Positions 40,754 through 54,600 of a DNA stretch of 64,000 nt are shown piece by piece. The DNA comes from Ylistrum balloti (lineage: Eukaryota), in NCBI RefSeq assembly GCF_031769215.1, contig NW_026782178.1, positions 124,001 to 188,000 on the forward strand, written 5' to 3'. Below the pieces are notes generated by a model. That model saw only the letters and a program-made list of their open reading frames with translations. It ran no database searches and was not told the DNA's origin. A program made the translations under genes and the position numbers. Position 1 is the first letter of the stretch. Each line of letters opens with the position of its first letter.

Positions 40754-43033
40754 AATGATTAGATGTTCATTTCGTAACTGATAAAAAGTATTATAACATT
40801 TCATTATCTGTTAAATGTCATGCATTTTCTGCTAATTATAATATCTACAAGTTTGCAAGTTACCAAAAATGTCAAAAAACTTAAACAAAATAGAAGTGAC
40901 CCATCACTATTCATATCATTATCATTTGGAGAGTGTAAACAATGTGTTTGCACTTGCATGGTGCAAGATTTAGAAATCATACCAATGCGGTAGGCTAAAA
41001 CGAGGTTCGGAAAGGTAAAGTGATAAACTCGGCTATCTCCGATCAAAACAGCAAATGTCTGTAGACACAACCGTGAGTGTCGACCTGTGTTAGTTTGAAG
41101 CTGATAATCATTATCAATTTTTCTCAAAAAGTGCTATGATTTTTGTGAATTGTCTAATTTTAGGTATTACAATGCTTGCCCAAAATCAAACGCACAGAAA
41201 AACTTAACAAAATCTAACCATTCAGTCCCTTTAAAATTAATGCATAATTAAGAAATATCACAGTAAATATATAATTTTACTTCTGATGTCACCTTAGGCT
41301 CATTAGGCTTTCATATGAACCAAAAAACTTTCATTTTCAGCTTCCCTTACCATCAATCCCATCTCCTTTTGTCTCGACTATGTTAAACTTGTAAAATTAT
41401 ATATCTGGAGGACAGACAGAAAACAGTTTCAGAAGAAATAACAGATTAACGGTCAGTGAACAAATAACTCTGTCAGCAACAGATAACCACAGCCTTTAAC
41501 AATCACACAAAAAGGCAGTGAACAACAGGTTTTGGTCAACAACAGTAACGTAAACTATAGAACATTGAAGAGGGCCTGTATTACCTATAAAACACGAAGA
41601 GATCTAGTGGACCTGTAACTCATCTCACTTCTGTGATTTTCCAACCTTCACAGTAACAGCATCTTTATCTGAACATTTTATCAATAGATACTTTGTTTGA
41701 AGATTCAAAATTTATTTTACTCTCGTAACTTTAAAAGTTGATGTACACCATTCTAATACACACATTTCAACATCAAGATCTTGAATGTAGGTGAGTTCAT
41801 TTTTTTTTTTTTGAAAAATCTTCATTTTAGCATTCTAATCACTTTAACAGTATGGCTTTACAATTCTTCACCCTTAAGAAAACACTTAATAATAATCGAT
41901 GCTAGGTGAAAAGACCAAAAAAGAATGCTACACCATGCCCCAACCTCACTTGCCTTTCAAAAGGTAAGCTAACAGAGGCAAATAATATATATTTTATTAG
42001 ACTCTTAACCATGTCAGAGCTATAATACTTTTTGTTAAACTTTTTCGTCTTATTCCTTTCATACTGCCGATCTGTTTAGCCTCTTTGCATTCCATCATCC
42101 TGAATTATCTCCCCTTTTCTTAGATACAACATACACATTATCATGCTAGCACCTATTATATCTTGCTGAATAATAATGAAAAATTCCTTACCAAATATGA
42201 ACAAAACAAGCTACTGTACTGACAACACCAGCACCAGTTCTTCTTCTTTAGAGAAAAACAATTCTGAATGTCTGATGAATGAACTTTGGCACTCTACACA
42301 AACAACAATATTATGTGACTTTTAAAAGAATGTAAATGGAAAGTCCATGTACACTGTCGTAGAAAATGTGAAATATTGAAATAAGTTCTAATAAACCATT
42401 CTCAATAATGTTAAAAGTGACACGTGTTGATACATACAATGTTATTTTATAATACGCTAGAACCTTTGTCTTTCATCTGTTCAAAAACAACATACTATAT
42501 GACTGAAACAAGACATGTTCAATAGAAAATACTTCAGTTTGACTCTTTTCATATCAAGAAACATTTCCTGATTAACACATTTTGGATTCCTAAGAACCAA
42601 AATTATATGTTTAAGGTGCATTACAACATGTCCTATGTGGGAAAGCAGTAACTAAAAAAAAAAACAGTGTAAAATATCAAAGGTTCAAAGTATTGAGGAA
42701 GAAGGTATACAATATTCCATTTGTTGTGAATGTGACAAGCAATTCACCTGCTCATTATCACTGATGGAGGCATAATCGTAACAACTATTCTTTGGAACAA
42801 AAGTTCCCATAAGCTTTATATTATTAAAGTGCATTGATTTATATGTTATATTAGACCCTGTTTAAAATCTATAAATTATCAGTGTGTTATAACATTTCTA
42901 ATATCACAACTTTGCTGAAGTAAACGGGCGCAAAGTGTCTTGCAACCTGTTTCTTCATTGTTCACTCTCCTGAAAAACAACTTTGAGATTCCCTCAATCA
43001 TGCAGCCATTCTTTCCACATAAATAACCTTCTG

Positions 43034-46000
43034 TCATTCTTTCAGTCTTAATAGTTGTCCTGAGGTAGTCTGCACACTGACAAAATAAAATAAAAGTGGG
43101 TAAATATCATCCATTCTTCATAAAATGTGAATGCTGAAAAACATTGTGTTTGAAGGTCTAAGTTTAAAGTAAGCATTTTTAATAACAATTAAAATGCACA
43201 ATTCATATCAATTCCCAACTCGATATAAACTCAAAATATCAAAGGATCAAAGATATTGAGGGAGAAGGTGTACAAACATGCAATCTTCTATTGGTTGTGT
43301 AATAAGAACTTCTATTCCGATGACATTACCAACCTGAAGAAAATGTTCTGAAATATCCCGACTTGATCACCATGCAAATGAAAATAAATACACCATGTAT
43401 TGATACAGGTTGGTTGTAACATTAACTTTTACCTTTGTCAATTCATACCCAAATATAACTGGCACATTCTTTGATTAAAATAAAAAAGGTTTTATAGCAA
43501 AGCTTATGATGAAACAATAGTTGTAATCCATTCAGTGCTTACCAGTGAACTAACTCTCCTCCTATTATATCATGTACGTGGTATATCAAACCCAAGCGAC
43601 AGATCTTTGGCCATTTTCGATGTTCTAGATCCTTTAAAAAAACAACAAACTGTAATAACTTTCATTAATAATAATGAAAACAGGAAATGAACACTTTACA
43701 AAGAGATCAGTTTACTATTACGCTTGTGGCCATTGGGAATTTCAACTGTTTTCACCTCATCATGTATCAGTAAAAAATGATGACATAAGGAAATGCAATA
43801 TTACTCTGTGAAAAAAAGCACTCTCAAAGTGAAGGTAGCTTATTTTCCAGAAATCAGGGTCTTGATATCTGTTAACATATGATGTTAGTCATATCTCAAC
43901 CTAGAAAAACAGAGGGAACTTGTGTGGGTTGTTTGGTAAATCATTTAACAACACAAAACCCGTGTCAATATGATTTCCAAAAGTCACAAGAAATGTCACT
44001 TGTAAACACAGATTTAAATATAACACAAATTGTCAAAGTCAAAAGTTAATTAAATTGCAAACAAGAGATACAAAAACAAAAAAACCAAGAGGGATATGGC
44101 CACCACTATTGCTTGATCTTTACTTTTTCGTTAAAAGTTGGATAATTTACCTTCTTTTCTCTTCTTTCTTTTTGTTCTTACTTATATGAAAGTTCCTTAA
44201 GAAATAATGATATGCCAACTACCAAATCAAAGTTGGCTGCCTCTCAGTCTTTCCGTTTTTCTTATCAATCCAAAAATAAAAAGGGTATAACAATGGACCA
44301 AAGGGAACCTACATATGAAATTTGAGAAAAATCCATCCAGTCCTACATAGGAAATAGCATTTACAAACTTTCATTATTGAAATCCAAGAAGGTTGCCAGA
44401 CAGCCATTTTCTTTTCTAATCATTCCCAAAATCTAAAGGGCAAAACTAAGGATGAATGGGCACATACATATGGAATTTTAGGCAGATCCATCCAGTCCTC
44501 CTTAAGAAACATTAGTACAAGAATTTTTCATGGATGAACAGTTGGACCACTGTTAGAGAGAAATTTGAATAGCTCGCCATCTGATGATGGTTGGCTTTAA
44601 GGCTTATGAAAAATGAACTTGAAATTAAAAACAGTTTTCATTACACATATCACAATAATTTGTATGGGATCTGATTGGAGTAAGTTGTAGTCCAATTCAA
44701 ACTGGTTACTGTGTCATAATGGTGCTAGTTTTGACAGGTTTGTTGATCATAAATGTTCCAGTTTCGACAGGTTACTTTATCATAAGGGGATCTGCTTAGA
44801 TTTTTATCCAGGTTCATTTTAGATTTCTACATCATAAATTTAAGGGGTCTGTTTACATAGGTTTCTAGGTCATAAAAAAATCAGTGAAGATTGTTAGGTC
44901 ATAAAGAGGTCAATATAGACAGACGTCATGTGAATTGCAGAGTATATGTTTCATAATAAGAATTAGTTGGGTGTATGCAAACCTTTCTAAGTATCTCTTT
45001 GTATTTACACTTCCTGATCATGGTAAGGACAGCTTTCCTGCCTCGCAGAAAACACTTCATAAATGTGCCAGCATTTGGAATCGACAACCACCAGTTTCCG
45101 ATATCTTTCACAGTTATCACAGAAGCTTTTAGTAGTTGTCTACAACAGAGGAGACAAAAATTGAACATAGAGAGAACAGTGCCAGCAAACTTTTTTAAAA
45201 TCATATATTTATTTAAATGTTAAACATATGTAAATATATGGCTCATTCAATGCACCAGTTAGTTGTATACTGATGGAAAACTTGCCTATTTGTTATCATT
45301 TTTCATTGCACGTGTATCAAATGTCTCTCTGATTTCCTGACATTAAGGATTTTACTCATCTTATTTTCTATCTCATTTCTAATGAACTGATCTACATAAA
45401 CTGCCTGATATAAAAGTTAATCAATGATCTTTTCTAAAAGTCCTACTGTTACCTACTAAGTAGCAAAATACATTGTAAGTCAAGTTAACTATTCCTGAGT
45501 TAGAAACCATCTCATTCAATGGAAGTTGATGCGGAAAATATATCGGATGGATCGTTTCCATTCATGTGTCTGGAACACCAAACTTTGTCTTCATTTTTCA
45601 GCCCTACACACTTCCAACCTTGTATTTTATTACATGAATAGACAGAAAAATGTGTCAAAAATTGTTGAAATTGAAATTGGATACAATAACTAAACTTTTC
45701 CAATGGCTGTTAATAGTTGAACTTTGTCATATAAGGAAGTTGTACTCACGTTATTTCAAAGTCAGAGAATTTGTAATCCATCATGAGTGTCTCCTTTGTC
45801 ACACAGACATCTTGACATTTTCTGACAACATTAGAACTAAATCTCTCTGAAATTACATAAGCAGAACATATTGGAAAAAATAAGAAGTTCAACTGAAGAA
45901 AACAGAAGTCAAAAAACTGAAAAGTTCACTGAAGCAGCTGTTGTAAATCATTACATACAATGTTGTAAAGATAATAAACGTTGTCAGAAATTAATAATTA

Positions 46001-47729
46001 AAAATTAAATTAAGTTCGATTAAGATTTGAATTTACCAGTTTGTTTGTTAAAATAAATTGAATAATCCATATCTATTTTGTTAAAAACAAGAGAGTTTTT
46101 GACCTTACCAATTAAGATCGGACTTATAGCCAAAGACACCATGGTCTTCTTCACATGCTCCTCATAGTCATTGGTAAACAAAATGCAGTACTCATCTGCC
46201 TCTGATCCCAGTTTGAACAGTTTGATTAATCCATGTTTTCTTAGGTCATTCTGCACAAGTTTAATGTAAATCAGAAATTAATTACAGCATGCTAATTACT
46301 GTGGAAAGATACACATATTCAGAAATTTCTTAGGATCTCAGAATGAAACAATTATGAACCTCTGTCATCACTGCATGATTCCCTGTTTCAGGAAACAACA
46401 AAAATGTAACTTTCTCATTTACTGGAATTTACAATGAATTGATGAAGAAGTAAACAAGGAATTCATTAGATGCTAATTTCTTTTAAACATTTATACCCTA
46501 TGGAAATTGCATAAAGATACAAACAGACAGGATTTAGGAATAGGACTCCAGAGTACACCTCTATGGCTCAGTGTGTAAGTATCACATAGACTACCTGCTA
46601 ATTTAGAAGATTCATATCACAGTCAGTTTATCTTACCAGCTCCTGGTCTACTTTGGTACGATCATTCATCATACCATACAGCTGATGCTTCAGGACAATA
46701 GGTGGCAGTTTATACTTAAATTTGTCAGCAGGGAAAAGACCCTTCAGACGATTCAAGAAGGTATGGGTGTCATTTAGAATCACTGAAATAAAAAGGCATA
46801 AGTTTCCAGTATTACATACATTACTGTATGAAAAAATCTGAGATAAAATAACCTGACATATTCAGCAAAAAGCCTTCAAAGCAAGCCTTGTTTTTGTTTT
46901 CTGCAGAGGTCTTTAGCATAATCCTTTCATGCATTATTTGAGTAATATTTGTGTTTTAAGTTAAAGGTTATCACTCTTTATTTACCATCACTGATATTTC
47001 TCCATGCAGTAGGAGAAACTGACTTCTTGTTCATGTCAATCAGCTCTGTCAAAATGATAATCATGCAAAAGCAGGGGGAGTGGACTCATGCAGAGATGTG
47101 CACATGTGAAAAGCTTATATACAGAGTGCATCTTTTTGATTATATTTTAAAAAGGTAGACTTAAAAAAAATAGATAAGAAAAACATGAGTGTACATGTTC
47201 TGCTAGTGATTTTGTGTGTGTTTCAAGAGCTATATAGGATATGTGTCTGGAACCCCTCATGTATTGTTGTTCAGGGAAAAAAGGAGCATAGTTTGTATAT
47301 TATGTTCACATCCCTTGCAGCAGCTATGAATTTCAATGCAAGAATAAATCAAACACCTCTATATTCTTCATTTAATCAATGGCTTCAATCACACTTAGTA
47401 TCATTATTGTGTTTTATCATCTGCCAAAACCACAGGGACATGAGCATTTGTTACATATTAATGAAGCACACCGTTTTAGAACTTGGACAGAAACAAAAAT
47501 CTCTCTCCTACATACTGGTACATATATCAAGCCAATCAAAATGTTTAAGAATGCTATAAACAAATTGGTATGGGTCCAAATGACTTCAATAGTATTTACC
47601 ATCGCCGATTTCTCCATGTGTTGTATTGATTGATGCTGTTTGGCCATTACTGGCTAATGCTGTGGCAGAACATAATCTTCGTTTTGGTTTATATATATCA
47701 GGTAGTGCCTGAGTCCTCTTCCGACTCAT
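43034..47729 (-). CDS. STK19: STK19 (tandem winged-helix transcription-coupled repair factor); 267 aa, 7 coding exons
   Basis: Exons 47729-47600, 46782-46637, 46250-46109, 45846-45750, 45139-44983, 43631-43543, 43076-43034; GT/AG, phases consistent, total 804 nt. LPPIVLKHQLY, DRTKVDQEL, KDIGNWWLSIPNAG.F.K.F.RGRKAVL.MIRK.KYKE, RLGLIYHVHDIIG, TTSGQLLRL match human STK19 as recalled. Confidence 0.93.
44080..44590 (-). mobile_element. Probable non-autonomous (Helitron/HINE-like) element in STK19 intron 5
   Basis: Begins aaccaagagg (reverse of the cctcttgtt-type end seen at 59242-59250) and has gaaatttgagaaaaatccatccag-type modules typical of bivalve non-autonomous elements; recognised from memory. 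Confidence 0.4.
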
Positions 47730-48186
47730 AACTAGTTCTACAATAGAACATGCATAACATTTAGAATGATGCTGATGGGCCATGTTTATTATTGTTACAA
47801 TACACTACTGGTATTTGCCATTCACATCAGTCATGGATCAGTGTATAATGTAGGAGGACCACGTGGTTCATAAATCAACCATATCGCTATAGAAATGTTC
47901 AGGAATCGTAAATTGTATACTCAAATTCAAAATCCATACACAAAGAAAGTAAGGATTGATTTACCCTTTTCAGTATAACTAGTTAATCCTAATATTCCCG
48001 ACGAAGGTGCTATTACTCACTGACTCAGGTCACTGTTATATATTTTCCCGTCGTAAGAGGCACCACATGGGTGTTGTCATACGGACGCACACATCATAGA
48101 CACTGTCCCTTTGTAAGATTTAAGTTAGAACTGAAATTCTATACCATTATCAACTATCATTATGCATAGTATGAGTCAGTACTTAC

Positions 48187-48680
48187 ACGTTTCGAATTTC
48201 ACAACTGGACAATGAAAGCGGCGACGGTCTTTCCCTCGATAACTTTTCGATAACAACATATAAAACTATTTTACTGTGCTCCAAAATGTAAATTTCAAAA
48301 TGTCATAGTGTCCAATCTATTTCAAAATATCATATAACCACAATTTAAAAACCAGAAACTTTGTTTTACAGGAATTTCACTACATTTCTTCATCAGACGA
48401 AAACATAGGGCGCATCCATATTTAAGCTGAGGGCTAAATATAAGCTGACGTTCCGATTGGTCAATAAGCACTTCCGGATTTTGGGTGTAAACAAACGTGC
48501 CTGGGCGGAAAGTTTTTATGAGTGTTTCCCCTTAACGGTGGTTTTTCTGTTAATGAAGACATCACAACAGCGTATGGGACCAACGTGCTGTTCACGTTGT
48601 TAATGATACGTGTTCGACTTTGTCTTGTCGGACATTGACCATTTGAGTAAACAAGGTAGTTTGTGAAGACATTTCTAGCC
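48187..48680. promoter_or_regulatory. Probable bidirectional promoter shared by STK19 and DXO, including a likely non-coding STK19 first exon ending at 48187
   Basis: ATGs are 951 bp apart and divergent. Minus-strand donor GTAAGT at 48186-48181. Inverted CCAAT (ATTGG 48456-48460) next to an ETS-type CACTTCCGG (48469-48477). CpG-richer than flanks. Confidence 0.6.
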
Positions 48681-51600
48681 ATGTCATACGCCAAATGCTT
48701 TGACTTATATCCCAAATCTAAATATGACACTGAATTTCCATATTTCAGAAAACCAATAGAAATTGGTTCATTTTCACAAGACAGCCAACGACAAATGGTA
48801 TTAAGTAGAAAGCAGATGAAATATTACATTCCTCCAGTGAACTCCAGTAATGTTTGTTTTGATCTTAGAAAGGGATACAGTGATTACATCAGGAAAGATG
48901 AATCGAAACCAGAACTTCTTGATGATTTGCTGAGATGGATAAAGAGTAATCTTTCTGTTTTTAAAATCAAACCTGGCAATCAACAGACAGAAAGCAACAA
49001 GCCTTTGATGTAAGTATGTAACATATGCTGTAGGACAGGGTGATTAGTGTAACAGTAAAGAAGTAATGTGTCTCCAGGTGGGTTTTGAATCTGCAACCCC
49101 TGTCTTATTAAAACCTGCTACACTTCTCCCGTATTCTAATAGCATTAACCCCCAACGCCACATTAATCAAGGTACTTTTGCTCCAATGAGGCATCTCAGT
49201 CTACTCTAGCTTGCACTCAGAGTGGTCTTTGACACAAAATGTAACCGAAAAAGAGCAGTGTGGTATGTCATTCTATCTATCATGTTCAAGGGAAATTGCC
49301 TGTAGTGGAAAACTGGAAGACAACCACACCTTCATAAGTTGAAACCAGCAACAATGGATATACCCTCTGTTGACCCAAGGTAACTTCATGTTACTCCATC
49401 ATGATCAGAGGTCTTGGTCTGAAATCCAGGTCAATTACCTCACATGACTTGGATTTGATCCATGGATCTAAACAAAGTCTCTACAGATACTCATGAACAG
49501 ATCTGCTTACCAGTCTGAATCAGATCAGTCAAACTTTCTGCGCACCTCACTGTTGTAAGATCTTCTCTGGAATAAGTGCTCTTGAGGACAGAACAAATCA
49601 ACACAAGATTTAGGTTTAAATGACTAGCAGTTGTACACTTTTCGAAACACGGGAGGAAAATCAGCAAGGACCATGTTACAGAATACTTTGGTCCTAGACA
49701 GAGTTTTGTGTTCAGAACCTCTAAACTCTGGCTTCAATTGCCAAATTCTTTAGATTTAAAATAGGAGCTTGTGCACAATTAATTTTTTTTTGCTTTATAG
49801 AGAAACAAATACTGGTATTTAACATTTTCCTTTTGACTTGTTAAAACCATCATATACTTCAAATTTTGAAATACTAACACTTTTTATGATGAAATCATTT
49901 GTAATTTGTGAAGTTTTACCATTTATGCTCATGTGTATATATGTCTAATTTTCTATGTGTTTTTTTCTCTTCTAAAAATGCTATTCTTATTTCTATGATG
50001 TCAGCAATATTTCACCTAGCTAGTAGTTAAAAGAATGCTAACTCAGTAACTATTTTGATGAGAAAATGCTGAAGCTAACATGTGGTTCCCAAACAGATTA
50101 ATGTATCAAAAAACTTAATTAGATGTTGTTTTAGAATATTTTCTTTTGGAAATGACTGATTCAGAAATATTTTGATTTAAAAATGTAGTATTAAAGTTTT
50201 ATTTTGATTGGTCAGAGGTATTAATACCGACTTTGTGTGTTGGCGGGGCTTGCTGACCAAACTACTGTGTACACCTTCTCAGACCTCAGAGGGGTGGAGA
50301 ATAGCCATAACACGCTTCCAGAATACTTTCTTCATGTGCGAGTTTGATACAGAGAAAAATGCTGAGATGAAGAAAAACAGGAGTGGGATGCAAGATGAAA
50401 TGTGTTACTGGGGATGGAAATTTGAGCAGTATGTGACGGCGAGTAAGTACATCTGTACTAAAATCTTGAAAGAAAAAGAAGGAAATAATCAAATGATAAA
50501 AGTTTCATGTTACAATTAAATCATACTTTATTTTTTTTGACATTATGTGATTATGTATAAACAAATGGAAAAGTGAAGGGAGTTAAATAAAATCTGATGT
50601 AACACAATGAATTAATATGAGATATTTAATGTATCTTTTTTGTGATTTATGAATCATAATCATATAAAAAATGTAATAGTTCAACCAAATTTTCTCTGTT
50701 TTTCTGACATTTTGGATGTTTATGCACAATCAAGAAATTGTGGTATATAAATATGCTAATGATGTATAGGGAAAGTGCCTTGATTATTTAATTTGACATA
50801 GAAATGATCTTTTGTTTTATAATTACTTATTTATTGTACATGTTATCCTGCTTGTTTACAATATGATTATCTTCAATAGACATTCAGAATCAAGCTATGG
50901 TATTTTCAGGATCTCCAAATGGTACACCAGACACTCATAGTCTTGTTAACACCAATGAGGGTTTCTGTTCTGTTGTGCGGTCAAGGTTAAATTCCCATTC
51001 TCTAGGTAACATTTCTTAGCATTCTGATATAAAGTACGTAAAAATGTATTTATATACTGAATTAAGAAAATGTTCAAGAGCAAGATTCAGATTTACAAAG
51101 TATTTACAATTTCTATGAAAAAATCCTAAATCGCTTGCACAAATTCTGTTTATTTTCAAAAAAGATAGAATAAATGAAAGATAATAATTTTGTCTTTTCC
51201 TTACAATAGAGAAAAACAGCAAATAAAATCAATTGATCCTCATTACTGTATGGTGGTATAGTTATTGTTTAATATAGTAATAGCTGTCTTGTATTACAGT
51301 GTATGGTGGTGAAGTGGATGCAGCAATTTCAGAAGCACATCCAGGTGAACAGTATCAGTATGTGGAGTTTAAAACCAGCATTGAGATTGAGACACAGAAA
51401 CAAGATTTCAGCTTTAAAAGGTCAGATCACAAATTCTCACCATGATAATGATCCACGTTAAAGGCAAACTTGAACATTGGTTTATAAAAAATTTTATTAC
51501 GTGTATATGAATATACAAATTTCATTGGATTGTCTCTTTGACTTAAACATAATATTGAATTTTTATTTTTATTTGTATGAATATTTTTTCTGTCTAAACA

Positions 51601-54600
51601 CCTTATCATTTTATTGTTTGAATACCACCATGTAGTCTGAGCTATTGTCAAGTATACTGGATACAAGCTGCATACATTATATTGGAGAAGTTGCCTCTAT
51701 TAATATTAATTCTATATATTTGTTCATTGAAAAGATCAAAATTATTTCCTTTGTAACCTAATGCATGTTTTCTGGGAATTCTAGATACAAGCTGATCAAA
51801 TGGTGGGCCCAGAGTTTTCTGGTTGGCATTGGACAGATAGTGTCTGGCTTCCGTGATAGGGATGGGATAGTACACAAATTACATACCTTTAACACAACAG
51901 ACTTACCTTACATAGCCAAGGTAAGTAATGTAGGATTCCTATATACAACAAACATTTATTGTAAACTGTACTAAGACTTAGCGTGACTAAGATTAATCAC
52001 ATAAGAACCCGTTATATAATATATATGAATATTTCTATGACACATTTCTTGCTAATGTTACCTGTTTTGTTTTAGGACCTGAGAGATCCCTGGAAACCCA
52101 ATGTTTGTTTCAACTTTCTTGACCAGTTCCTTAGTTTCATCAAGAAAACCATTGTAACCAATGATCACAGGTAACATTGTCCTTTTACCCTATAAAATTT
52201 TATGTGTTTGATGTTTATAAAAACAATATTACAGATTACAGTATTAATCATGCATTAAGCCCAGGGTTCAAACATATTACTTCTTATTCAGTCAGGAGAT
52301 AAGCTTATTGCAGGAATTCAGGGAGCCAACTTTTTACTTATTTCTACTCAGGAGGTGGGGTAATTATAAGAATTCAGGGAGCCAACATATTATTTCTTAC
52401 TAGTGAGGAGATGGACTTATTACATGAATTCAGGGAGCCAACATATCACTTCATACTCAGTCATGAGTTTGGCTTATTACAGGAGTTCAGGGACCAACAT
52501 ATTATTTCTTACTCAGTCAGGAATTGGGCTTATTACAAGAATTCAGGGGACCAACATAGCACTTCTTACTCAGTCAGGAATTGGGCTTATTACAAGAATT
52601 CAGGGGACCAACATAGCACTTCTTACTCAGTCAGGAATTGGGCTTATTACAAGAATTCAGGGGACCAACATAGCACTTCTTACTCAGTCAGAAGGTGGGA
52701 TTATTACAGGAATTCTGGGGCCCAATATATATATTACTTCTTACTCAAAGTCAGGAGGTGGACCTATTACAAGACAGTGAAATAGCATTGGGTAAGTTTA
52801 CTGAACTGCAATATAAATAAGTGGGCTTTTCACCAGACATTGGCTTATTGTCAAATAAATATGGTACATGTATTTATCACAGATATACGTTCCTGTCACA
52901 ATTGGAAACGTAGTGACAGGAATTAAAACAATTTTTTTGAAATATTGAAAATAAACTGAAATATATGTTTGTATGTTTTGCATGCTCCTCTCCTTTTTAT
53001 GTTTCCTACCAACCAAAATCAACATATAGGTATTACAAAGTGTACTATGTTGGCATCATTGTCTGCACTAAGTTTTTTTTATGATAACTTTAGTTCACCT
53101 TGGCTGATCAACCTCGAACTCCTTGTTTGGGATGGCTTTTCAGGGCAAAAGGTCAAAGATCAAGGTCACTGTTACTATAAATATGAATGTTATTGATAAC
53201 TCTGTTTAAAAGACTCAAGAATCTCAAAACCAATCTGTAAATTAGGGCTGGGTTAACCAGTAGTCATCAATTGAATCCACACAGAGTTAAAAAAAATTGA
53301 ATACAGTAACATTCACCTGTAGATTCATATCCCTGGTTTGTGAATACTCACTGGAATAATAGTAAGCTTGTCAACAGTGTGGTGCAAAGTTTGCATTTTG
53401 GTTTTGGTTTGTAATAATTAATATCTAAATACAATGGTCCTACATTTGATTTTTTTTATAAATACCTCTTTGAGGAAATAAAAATCAAATCCTCAAAATA
53501 TTTTTTTAAACATAACATTACATGTAGTTTTAATACAGTGTTTGGTCATTATTTAGAGATTTAGATGGGAATATTAATTTCATCCATATAAGTAAAACAT
53601 ATGATATTTCCAAACTCTTTACTGAGTGTCACAGAAACTGAAAGATAACATGATGTACTGCAAATGACATTTGTTTCCTTGATTTTATTTTAACATGTAA
53701 GCAAACGCTCATCCTCACTCCCTCTCTATCATAGTGTTACACTCTCTCTATCATAGTGTTACACCCTCTCTATCATAGTGTTACACCCTCTCTATCATAG
53801 TGTTACACTCTCTCTATCATGGTGTAACATCCTCTCTATCATAGTGTTACACCCTCTCTCTCTCATAGTGTTACACCATTTCTATCATAGTGTTACACCC
53901 TCTCTATCATAGTGTTACACAATCTCTATAATAGTGTTACATCCTTTCTATCATAGTGTTACACCCTCTCTATCAAAGTGTTACACCCTCTCTCTCAAAG
54001 TGCTACACCCTCTCTCTCTCATAGTGTTACACCATTTCTATCATAGTGTTACACCCTCTCTATCATAGTGTTACACCCTCTCTATCATAGTGTTACACCC
54101 TCTCTATCATAGTGTTACACTCTCTCTATCATAGTGTTACACCCTCTCTATCATAGTGTTACACCCTCTCTATCATAGTGTTACACCCTCTCTATCATAA
54201 TGTTACACCCTCTCTATCATAGTGTTACACCCTCTCTATCATAGTGATACATACTCTCTATCATAGTGTAACATCCTCTCTATCATAGTGATACATACTC
54301 TCTATCATAATGTTACACCCTCTCTATCATAGTGTTACACCATCTGTATTATTGTGTTACACTCTCTCTGTCATAGTGTTACACACTCTCTATCATAGTG
54401 TTACACCCTCTCTATCAAAGTGTTACACTCTCTCTATCATAGTGTTACACACTCTCTATCATAGTGTTACACACTCTCTATCATAGTGTTACACCCTCTC
54501 TATCATAGTGTTACACACTCTCTATCATAGTGTTACACCCTCTCTCATAGTGTTATCTATCATAGTGTTACACTCTCTCTATCATAGTGTTACACACTCT

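Noticed and set aside
40804-41127. 107-aa minus-strand ORF with a possible internal exon
   Set aside because: No recognisable family and no phase-compatible partner exons; lies downstream of the STK19 stop.
36000-43000. SKIV2L or NELFE as expected neighbours from human synteny
   Set aside because: No helicase (DExH) or RRM motifs seen here or elsewhere in the window.
46140-46140. Alternative STK19 exon 3 donor after KKTM
   Set aside because: Phase 0 is incompatible with the next exon; the GTAAGG donor at 46108 gives the correct phase.
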